In this document: in pieces, positions 32,183 to 39,525 of the stretch
Position numbering within the stretch: position 1 is the first letter of the stretch
Layout: each line of letters begins with the position of its first letter
From: Clostridiales bacterium
GTDB taxonomy: Bacteria > Bacillota > Clostridia > Christensenellales > UBA3700
Length of the DNA: 64,000 nucleotides
Assembly: GCA_014799645.1 (NCBI GenBank)
Contig: JAAVHQ010000004.1
Coordinates: forward strand, 5,925 to 69,924
Direction: 5' to 3'
Notes under the pieces: generated by a model
What the model was told of the DNA's origin: nothing
Databases searched by the model: none
Seen by the model: only the letters and a program-made list of their open reading frames with translations
Position numbers and translations under genes: made by a program

Positions 32183-32282
32183 AAAACGATTGATATTGTC
32201 CTAACCACTCTGCCTCGGTTCAGATTTCGTCACCCGCACACAAGTGTATTGGTCTAAAAGTATTCTAGCTTTCAGACCAATA
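32183..32282 (+). repeat. Cassette-end composite repeat, copy 1 (two half-repeats + GGTCTAAAAG hairpin).
   Basis: TGATATTGTCCTAACCAC...AGATTTCGTCACCCGCACACAAG, then ATTGGTCTAAAAG-tattctag-CTTTCAGACCAAT. Confidence 0.7.
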
Positions 32283-32416
32283 TTGTTATGTAATTTAGAC
32301 TAATTTTAGTTGTAATAATGTTTCAATTGTACTATTCTTGGTACATTTGGCCATTTACAATATCTTGAAAGTGTGCCATAATATAGAAAATACTATAAAG
32401 AAAGGAGACAAATTAT

Positions 32417-32692
32417 ATGTTTCATAGATCTTACTATACGAAAGAGGGATATAAACAAATCTATAGACCTAATAGTTCGGAAGCAAGAGAAACTGGATAT
32501 GCACCAGCACATCGTGTTATTGCGAGTAAAAAAATTGGAAGACCGTTATTGCCAAACGAAGTAGTACATCATATTGATGGCAACAAAAAAAACAATCGTC
32601 CTAAAAATTTGCAAGTAATGACTCGTGCCGAACATAATAATTTGCATGGATTAAATTTTAGGGGAAAGGGTAATAGACGTGGTCGCCATTGA
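32417..32692 (+). CDS. Small HNH endonuclease (91 aa).
   Basis: HHIDGNKKNNRPKNLQVMTRAEHNNLH. SD AAAGGAG. Confidence 0.8.
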   Translation: MFHRSYYTKEGYKQIYRPNSSEARETGYAPAHRVIASKKIGRPLLPNEVVHHIDGNKKNNRPKNLQVMTRAEHNNLHGLNFRGKGNRRGRH

Positions 32693-34337
32693 TGAATATA
32701 CACAAGAAAAAGATTGTATTTACAAACAAGAACATTATTCAGTTAGGGATAATGGTGCTGTTTTACGACATAATCCCAAAGGTCAAAACCCACGACCGTT
32801 AGATAATCAATGGACATTTGGCAAACTAAATGAAAAGACTGGTTATTTAGGAATAGCTTCAGTTCCTATACATAGGATAGTTGCTACTGCATTTCATGGC
32901 GAAGCGCCTACTAAACAACATGTCGTTGACCATATTGATACAAATAAGCATAACAATCGCCCAGAAAATCTAAGATGGTTAACAAGATTAGAGAATATAC
33001 TATTAAATCCAATAACAGCTAAAAGAATTGCAATGGTTTGTGGTAGTGTAGTAGCATTTTTAGAAAATCCCTCTAGGTATAGGGATGAATTTAAAGATCC
33101 AAATTATAGTTGGATGGGGAGAGTTAGCCAAGAGGAAGCAAAGGTTTGTTTGGAACATTTGTTGTCGTGGGCAGAAAGCGATAAGAAGCCATCAGGAGGT
33201 ACGTTGGGGGATTGGATATTTGAAAGAAATTCTAATAGGAATATAGAGAAAAAAGAAAACTTAAGTGCTACAGCAGATAAAGAGATAGTTGCCTCAAAGC
33301 AAGAATTACAAAAGGTAAGGACTAGGCAGGATATAAGGAGCAATCCGTTTGGTTTTGCTAGACCTGGCGAATCGGATATGGATAGTTCTATAGTTATGTA
33401 TAAAAAACGAGATGAACTATTTGATAAGATTAAAAAGAGGCTAGATTTTGACAAAAAGTTGAGATTCCCCGAAATCAAAGTACCTACGGCAGGTAAAGGA
33501 ATAACGATAAAAGAGTCTTGGATAGAAGAGATTCAGGACAGTGAAATTCACTACGAAATGACGAAAAGGTCGCCTAAATCTATAATTTTGCATTGTGCTG
33601 GCAAGTCGTTTGCGCTAATAGTTCAAGTGCAAACTAATATAGATACAAATGAGATAGGGAGACTAAAAAAAGAGGGTCTAAACATAGTCGTGATTGATTT
33701 TTCATGGGCAAAAAAAGGTGTCACAGTAGAAGAAATAAAATATATATTGGAAGATGATATCACTAAAAAGCGCTGGATATATCATGAAATGATTCAAAGA
33801 GAGGAAAAACGATTGCAGGATATTAGCGAGCCGATAAGTGACGCAGGGCAAGGAGTGTTACATTCTTATTATGCTTGTCCACTTATTTCAAATGGAGTTG
33901 AAGATGTTGAGTGTTGGTATTGTGATTATAGGATAAAGAGCAAAGATTACGCGCCTTATGATTATTGTTTTGCAAAGTCGGGTGTTCAAACTTATCAAGA
34001 CCTTTTATCTATTACAAACGTTGAAAAAGAAGACGGAAAAATAGTAAGTATTTCTTATAATAAAAACGGTGAAATGATTGTCAAAAAGTTTGACAAAGAA
34101 GTACAACTTCCTGGCAAAACAATGTTCCAATTATGGGGAGAAAGAACTACAGATAAATTGGTTTGTCACAACATATATAGTGATTGGTATGTTTTAATAG
34201 AAGAAAACCCTAAATTGAGTTATGAAAAAAATGAAAAAGTATATGGCAAATTGGGAAGGAATCTGCAAACTTTAGAGCATTGCGAAATGCGAGAAATTTT
34301 TGGTGCAGATAGTTGTTATTGGGAGACTATTAAATAG
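32679..34337 (+). CDS. Fusion protein: N-terminal NUMOD4/HNH_3-type endonuclease module and a ~430-aa C-terminal region of unknown function.
   Basis: YSVRDNGAVLRH, IHRIVATAFHG, VDHIDTNKHNNRPENLRWLTRLEN. C-terminal part has ALIVQVQTN...IVVIDFSW (possible PD-(D/E)xK-like) and a Cys cluster CPL...CWYCDY...C. Confidence 0.65.
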   Translation: MVAIDEYTQEKDCIYKQEHYSVRDNGAVLRHNPKGQNPRPLDNQWTFGKLNEKTGYLGIASVPIHRIVATAFHGEAPTKQHVVDHIDTNKHNNRPENLRWLTRLENILLNPITAKRIAMVCGSVVAFLENPSRYRDEFKDPNYSWMGRVSQEEAKVCLEHLLSWAESDKKPSGGTLGDWIFERNSNRNIEKKENLSATADKEIVASKQELQKVRTRQDIRSNPFGFARPGESDMDSSIVMYKKRDELFDKIKKRLDFDKKLRFPEIKVPTAGKGITIKESWIEEIQDSEIHYEMTKRSPKSIILHCAGKSFALIVQVQTNIDTNEIGRLKKEGLNIVVIDFSWAKKGVTVEEIKYILEDDITKKRWIYHEMIQREEKRLQDISEPISDAGQGVLHSYYACPLISNGVEDVECWYCDYRIKSKDYAPYDYCFAKSGVQTYQDLLSITNVEKEDGKIVSISYNKNGEMIVKKFDKEVQLPGKTMFQLWGERTTDKLVCHNIYSDWYVLIEENPKLSYEKNEKVYGKLGRNLQTLEHCEMREIFGADSCYWETIK

Positions 34338-34344
34338 TGTTCCA

Positions 34345-34446
34345 AAATCGATAGATTTTGTCATACACACTATCGTAAATGCGAGATTTTGTAATATACA
34401 CACAAGTGTATCGGTCTAAAAGTCTTTTGACTATTAGACCTTTTTC
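34345..34446 (+). repeat. Cassette-end composite repeat, copy 2.
   Basis: AGATTTTGTCATACACAC-13 nt-AGATTTTGTAATATACACACAAG, then GGTCTAAAAGTC-tttt-GACTATTAGACC and TTTTT. Confidence 0.75.
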
Positions 34447-34527
34447 TTGATAATTTGAGCAAACCTTCAATTGAAGAGATATGATTAAGCTTAAATATAT
34501 TTATATTTGTATAATTTTATAAAATAA

Positions 34528-34556
34528 TTGATTTAATTTATGTTTTTTGCTATAAT
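34528..34556 (+). promoter_or_regulatory. Strong sigma-70-type promoter of the Mrr/helicase/DarT/ARH cassette.
   Basis: TTGATT-17 nt (ending in TGC)-TATAAT, 30 nt upstream of the Mrr ATG. Confidence 0.6.
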
Positions 34557-34585
34557 TTAAAAGAAAATTCGTATCGAGGTGTAGC

Positions 34586-35467
34586 ATGGCAGTTAAAGTA
34601 CCGACATTTGATAGTTTGATTAATCCTTGTTTTATGGCAATTAAAGCATTGGGTGGCTCAGCGTCCAATGACGAAATATATGATGAGGTTGTAAGGCAGT
34701 TGGCATTATCTGAAACCGTATTAGCGGTACAACAACCCGGTCATTTGGCGATGTCAAAAGTTGCTTATAACCTTGCGTGGGCACGTACGTATTTGAAAAA
34801 ATTTGGTGCTATTATTAATACTACACGTTCAATTTGGACAATTACTTCGGAATTTTCTGACGTCAAAGATGTTGACGCTCGTAAAGTTGTTGAATTTGTT
34901 AGAAATTTGGAAGCACAGTCTACAAACAAAAAGGCTCAACTAGAACAAAGAAAAATAGAGAAGGATTTAGTAGTCAGCGAAGATGAACAACCCGAAGAAA
35001 TTTCTTCGTGGCGAATTCGGATGTTGGAAATATTGCAGAATATGAATCCTTATGGATTTGAGCGATTTGTTCAATTACTGTTACGTAATTGCGGAATTGA
35101 TAATGTAGAAGTGACAAAGAAATCTGGTGATGGTGGTATTGACGGTACAGGACAATACAAATTAAGTGGCATTTTTAGTTTTAAACTTGCTTTTCAATGC
35201 AAAAGATATATTGGGAATGTTGGAAGTGGGGAAATAAGAGATTTCCGTGGTTCACTTTCAACGGATATTGAAAAAGCAATTTTTGTAACTACGGGAAATT
35301 TTAGTCCTGCTGCGAAAAGCGAAGCAAAGGCGCCGGGGAAGAAGTCGATAGATTTGATGGATGGTGAAATGCTCATTGACAAAATAGCTGAGTTGAAATT
35401 GGGAGTTTCACCTAAAACAGTATACGAAATAGATGACAAGTTCTACGCACAATATAACGAAGCGTAA
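34586..35467 (+). CDS. mrr: Mrr-type (type IV, modification-dependent) restriction endonuclease.
   Basis: N-terminal winged-helix-like Mrr_N (MAIKALGGSASNDEIYDEV). C-terminal catalytic core GDGGIDGTGQYKL...FQCKRY...IRDFRGSL. Confidence 0.8.
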   Translation: MAVKVPTFDSLINPCFMAIKALGGSASNDEIYDEVVRQLALSETVLAVQQPGHLAMSKVAYNLAWARTYLKKFGAIINTTRSIWTITSEFSDVKDVDARKVVEFVRNLEAQSTNKKAQLEQRKIEKDLVVSEDEQPEEISSWRIRMLEILQNMNPYGFERFVQLLLRNCGIDNVEVTKKSGDGGIDGTGQYKLSGIFSFKLAFQCKRYIGNVGSGEIRDFRGSLSTDIEKAIFVTTGNFSPAAKSEAKAPGKKSIDLMDGEMLIDKIAELKLGVSPKTVYEIDDKFYAQYNEA

Positions 35468-35573
35468 GTATTGTTGAAATCGCTAAAAAGCTGACTAGGG
35501 GTATCTTATTTGTGGTCAGCTAATATGTATTATAGGAAGTAAAATGAAAAAGTAAGACATCATAGCATTTATC

Positions 35574-37046
35574 TTGAAATTAGTGAAAGAATATGATAAA
35601 ATATGTAAAACAGTATTTAACGCATTTGGAGAAATATTTTTAATGGAACCTAAAGGGAAGCAAAAAGATGTAGTTGATTTACCAGATAGTGGGCATTTCG
35701 TTGTACTAGGAACTGCAGGGAGTGGCAAAACTACGATGGCGCTTTTGAGAGCGAAGCATTTGGGAATTAAGTATCCTAATGCTTGCATTTTGCTTGTTAC
35801 TTTTAATAGAGCGCTTATTTCTTATATGAAGAACCTAGGACTTAAGATGCCTACAAATGTTAATATAGAAAATTATCATCATTTTGCGCGCGGATATCTT
35901 AATAGTCGAAGTAAAATGAATTTCAATTGTATTATTGATACAAATGAAAAGGAAAGTCTCGTAAGTGAAATTCTACTTGAATTTAGGAGCGCAAATCCTC
36001 AAATATCAACGTATAATCGTCCTGCAGAAGATTTTTTCAGCGAAATAATCTTTATTCAGCAACAAGGCTTATCGGAATTGGAGTATCTTACAAAAGAGAG
36101 AATTGGGCGGGCTTCAGTAAATATTAGAAAAGAGAATCGTAAGTATTTTTACGAAGTGTATAAAGAATATATGTATAGACGGAGACTGCTTGGTAAGCTA
36201 TATGATTGGGATGATATTGCTTCGGCAGTATTGGATGAGTTTAAGATAGATTTATCAAGCCGAAAATATATGCATGTAGTGTTGGATGAGGGGCAGGATT
36301 TTTCGCCGCAAATGTTACGTTCGCTTATTGCTGCGATTCCACAAGAAGGAAGTTTTATATTTTTTGGTGATGTTAACCAACAAATTTATGGAAGCAGATT
36401 GTCATGGCGAGATGCAGGAATCAACATAAATCAATCGACTATTTGGCGGTTTAAGGATAATTTTAGAAACAGTTATGAAATATCTGCATTCGCATCTGCG
36501 CTTACAGAAAGTGAATATTGGCAAAAATCTGAAGATGCAGTTCTACCAGCAACGTCGCGTGCGGCAGGGCCATTGCCTGCTGTTATGCATTTTGACAATG
36601 AGAGTTTTGAAATAAAAACAGTTTGCGAATTAGCTCAAAAGCAAGCGATTTCGGCAACAGTTGCGATAATTGTTCGCGATAGGACTGATGTTGCAAGAAT
36701 TACTTCTTTAACTCGAAAAGCCAAAGAAATAAAAAGCGATAAGATTATAGACTATTCATCTCCCGGTGTTTATGTAACTACATACCATTCGGCTAAGGGG
36801 TTAGAGTTTGATTATGTGTTTGTACCATTGTTGAGTTCAGACTATTTACCAAGCAAAGAAAAAGTAGAATTAATGCCTAACAATAAAATAGAGATATTTG
36901 GGGATGAAATCAAATATTTGTATGTAGCTGTTACGCGAGCAAAGTATGGTTTATTTTTGTCGTATTCAGGAATGCCATCATGCTTTATTCCGAAAGTTAA
37001 AGGCATATTTAATTTTAAGTATATGGGTGGAGATAGCAACAGATGA
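35574..37046 (+). CDS. SF1 (UvrD-like) helicase / P-loop ATPase.
   Basis: GTAGSGKTT, VVLDEGQDFSP, TYHSAKGLEFDYVFVP and LYVAVTRAK. Start uncertain: TTG at 35574 or ATG at 35643 behind GGAGA. Confidence 0.8.
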   Translation: MKLVKEYDKICKTVFNAFGEIFLMEPKGKQKDVVDLPDSGHFVVLGTAGSGKTTMALLRAKHLGIKYPNACILLVTFNRALISYMKNLGLKMPTNVNIENYHHFARGYLNSRSKMNFNCIIDTNEKESLVSEILLEFRSANPQISTYNRPAEDFFSEIIFIQQQGLSELEYLTKERIGRASVNIRKENRKYFYEVYKEYMYRRRLLGKLYDWDDIASAVLDEFKIDLSSRKYMHVVLDEGQDFSPQMLRSLIAAIPQEGSFIFFGDVNQQIYGSRLSWRDAGININQSTIWRFKDNFRNSYEISAFASALTESEYWQKSEDAVLPATSRAAGPLPAVMHFDNESFEIKTVCELAQKQAISATVAIIVRDRTDVARITSLTRKAKEIKSDKIIDYSSPGVYVTTYHSAKGLEFDYVFVPLLSSDYLPSKEKVELMPNNKIEIFGDEIKYLYVAVTRAKYGLFLSYSGMPSCFIPKVKGIFNFKYMGGDSNR

Positions 37047-37720
37047 GAATAGCATATGAGGTTTTGTTGAATCATAATGTGAATAGGTTATGTCATTTTA
37101 CAAGATTTGTAACGCTAAAACATATTTTGGGAAGTGACGATGGAATTAAGGCACGCAATTTCGTAGATGGATTAGTGTCACGGCCTACGGATGGTGAAAG
37201 GTTTGATAGGGAAGAAGATTATATTTGTTGCTCAGTCGAATATCCCAACACTTGGTATTTGGACAAAGTTCGCAATGATGACCCCATTTTCAAAGAATGG
37301 GCGGTTTTGTGTATTGATCCAAAGGCTCTATTAAATGCAACAGTTAAGTATAGTGCGTGTAATGCTGCTAGAGAATGTGGTGCTTATGTACATGATGAAT
37401 CTTATGCTATCTCAGAACTGTATAATTCTCGATCGGTATTAGGATTTGAACGCTCAAGTGATATGTTGAAGTGCTGTCCTACAGACGGACAAAGCGAAAT
37501 ATTATTATATAAGAATATTCCGCGACAATATATAACTGGGATTTTATTGCGTTCTGAAAATGCTGCAAAACAATTAATAGTGAGCTTTAAAACGTTAGAG
37601 ATATCAGATACAGTTATTCCTCAAATATGGATAGCTCCTGAAGTTTTTGAGAAAAAAACTTGGAGTAATCTGGCGCGAATCGGGAAGCGACCAGAAGAAA
37701 AAATATATCGGAGGTTCTAA
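37043..37720 (+). CDS. DarT-like (DUF4433-like) ADP-ribosyltransferase candidate.
   Basis: Ordered blocks LCHFTR, DYICCSVEYPNTWYL, YSACNAA, QSEILLYKNIPRQYITGILL. ATGA overlap with the helicase stop. Confidence 0.6.
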   Translation: MRIAYEVLLNHNVNRLCHFTRFVTLKHILGSDDGIKARNFVDGLVSRPTDGERFDREEDYICCSVEYPNTWYLDKVRNDDPIFKEWAVLCIDPKALLNATVKYSACNAARECGAYVHDESYAISELYNSRSVLGFERSSDMLKCCPTDGQSEILLYKNIPRQYITGILLRSENAAKQLIVSFKTLEISDTVIPQIWIAPEVFEKKTWSNLARIGKRPEEKIYRRF

Positions 37721-37722
37721 TT

Positions 37723-39255
37723 ATGTCAATTTTATATAACGATAAATGTACTGGAGCTTTGCTTGCGGCAGCAATAGGTGATGCATTAGGATGGCCATTT
37801 GAGACTCGCGCAGGAAATAAGTGTAAAAAACCTGTTGCTAATGGACAATTCCAAACATGGACAAGGCAGTCTGGAGGACGATTTTGGTCACACACCGAGA
37901 CAATAGAGCGTGGTGAATACAGCGATGATACGCAGCTATTACTTGCTGTTGCTCGCAGTCTTCAATATGGAGATAAATGGAATCAATATTTTGTTAGGCA
38001 AGAATTACCATTTTGGTTGTCCTATGAACGTGGTGGTGGCAATGCCATTAAGACGGCGGCAAGATTTTGGGAAAGGCACGGATGTCCTTGGAGCGAAACA
38101 AACGATTCAAAGGACGTTATAGCTTATTTCAATGCTGGGGCAAACGGCGTCGCTATGCGTATATTGCCGCACGTTATATATGGATTGGCTGATGATGATG
38201 TTGATTCATTGATGTCGGTGGTTATAAGAAACGGTATGTACACTCACGGACATCCGCGTGCTTTGCTTGGCGCCACATGTTACGCTTACGCGCTATATAT
38301 TGCAGGAAGAAAAACTGATTCTCTTGAATATGGTGAACTTGTTGATGCTGTATTGCAAGGACAAAGATACTGGGGTAAATTTCATAACGTGCTTCCAGAA
38401 TGGATTGAAATTGGAAGCAAATCTTTACGAAGTGATTATATGTTTTTGTGGGAGGATACTGCAAGACAAATATGCGAAAACTTAAGACGAATGCAAACGG
38501 CTTTACAATCAGGGCTTTTGGATAATAGTGAAGAATTTTTAAAATCTATAGGCTGTTTTTCACCTGCAACGAATGGCGCAGGTGATGTAAGCGCATTAAC
38601 TGCAATCTACCTTGCATCTAAATATGCGGCAAATCCAAAACAGGGTATTATGGTAGCAGCTTATCTAAAGAACTCAGATACAGATACAAACGCTTCAATG
38701 ACAGGGGCTCTCTTGGGAATGATACAGGGTGTAGATTGGATTCCTTACGAATGGCAAAAAGTACAAGACAATGAATATATATTAGAATTGTCGAATAAAT
38801 TGTTGCAACATAGAGAAGATTCTATAGCATATACGAATAGCCAGCAAAATAATATCCAAGTACCAATCGGTAGTATATTTCCAATAGAACAGCCAAAGAA
38901 ATGTCGTGGTTCAAATTATACTGTTACTATTCAAAAATATAAGACCGCATGGGGACAGACGCTTTATATAAAAAACTTCGATAAAAATAAAAACAAGCAA
39001 GAAGTTGAACAGTTGTCTTTTGATTTTAAGGAACTTCAATCAATCGAATCGGGACATACTCAAAAAGCTATAAACAATGATGTTTTATTAATTTTGCAAG
39101 AATTGTTGTATATTGATAAAAAGATGTCATTGCCAAAACTTGTTAAAATTTTGTCATTAATTTTGTCTACGGACTTATTAGATTCAGAAATTGCGGCACA
39201 AACGAAAACTAAAGAGAAAACTGTAACAAAAATTCGTGAAAATTGTCACAAATAA
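37723..39255 (+). CDS. ADP-ribosylglycohydrolase (ARH/DraG fold) with a ~170-aa C-terminal extension.
   Basis: GALLAAAIGDALGWPFE, YSDDTQLLLAVARSL, SDTDTNASMTGALLGMIQG. SD GGAGG lies inside the end of the previous ORF. Confidence 0.85.
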   Translation: MSILYNDKCTGALLAAAIGDALGWPFETRAGNKCKKPVANGQFQTWTRQSGGRFWSHTETIERGEYSDDTQLLLAVARSLQYGDKWNQYFVRQELPFWLSYERGGGNAIKTAARFWERHGCPWSETNDSKDVIAYFNAGANGVAMRILPHVIYGLADDDVDSLMSVVIRNGMYTHGHPRALLGATCYAYALYIAGRKTDSLEYGELVDAVLQGQRYWGKFHNVLPEWIEIGSKSLRSDYMFLWEDTARQICENLRRMQTALQSGLLDNSEEFLKSIGCFSPATNGAGDVSALTAIYLASKYAANPKQGIMVAAYLKNSDTDTNASMTGALLGMIQGVDWIPYEWQKVQDNEYILELSNKLLQHREDSIAYTNSQQNNIQVPIGSIFPIEQPKKCRGSNYTVTIQKYKTAWGQTLYIKNFDKNKNKQEVEQLSFDFKELQSIESGHTQKAINNDVLLILQELLYIDKKMSLPKLVKILSLILSTDLLDSEIAAQTKTKEKTVTKIRENCHK

Positions 39256-39281
39256 AATATTCTTGTGTTAAATTAGTTGGG

Positions 39282-39372
39282 TATAGATTTTGTCATACAC
39301 ACATTTCAAAACGATAGATTTCGTAATATACACACAAGAATAACGGTCTAAAAGTCGGAAGACTTTTAGACC
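39282..39372 (+). repeat. Cassette-end composite repeat, copy 3.
   Basis: AGATTTTGTCATACACAC-13 nt-AGATTTCGTAATATACACACAAG, then the perfect hairpin GGTCTAAAAGTC-ggaa-GACTTTTAGACC. Confidence 0.75.
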
Positions 39373-39525
39373 ATGTTTCTTTATATAGTTAGTTGGAGAC
39401 AACAATTTCTAATATATAATATAAATTAGAATTAATATTGATAAATTATTATCATTGTGATAATATGTAAATATTAAGATGGGTAATGTCGAAAATCGAC
39501 TATACGTTTTGAAAGGAATCATCTA

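Larger units (their letters stand above)
1..39372 (+). mobile_element. Prophage. The left end lies outside the window. The right boundary is uncertain, somewhere between 39.37 and 40.49 kb.
   Basis: Continuous same-strand phage modules: primase-helicase, HNH/TerS/TerL, HK97 portal-protease-capsid, tail, holin, and two large serine recombinases. AT-rich accessory cassettes follow. Housekeeping genes start at about 40.5 kb. Confidence 0.8.

Noticed and set aside
32183-39372. The idea that the cassette-end repeats are remnants of a protein C-terminus. A 22-codon frame ending in V-stop is open in all three copies.
   Set aside because: The two half-repeats inside each copy are the same nucleotide motif read in different frames. 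Substitutions between copies are mostly non-synonymous. Copies 2 and 3 lack start codons. Conservation at the nucleotide level is the simpler explanation. The 32-codon ORF of copy 1 is kept only as a low-confidence possibility.
32183-39372. Interpretation of the cassette repeats as integron attC sites or as a type III toxin-antitoxin RNA repeat array.
   Set aside because: There is no tyrosine IntI integrase and no GTTRRRY/RYYYAAC cores. There are only two half-repeats per copy, and the downstream genes are not ToxN/AbiQ-like endoribonucleases.
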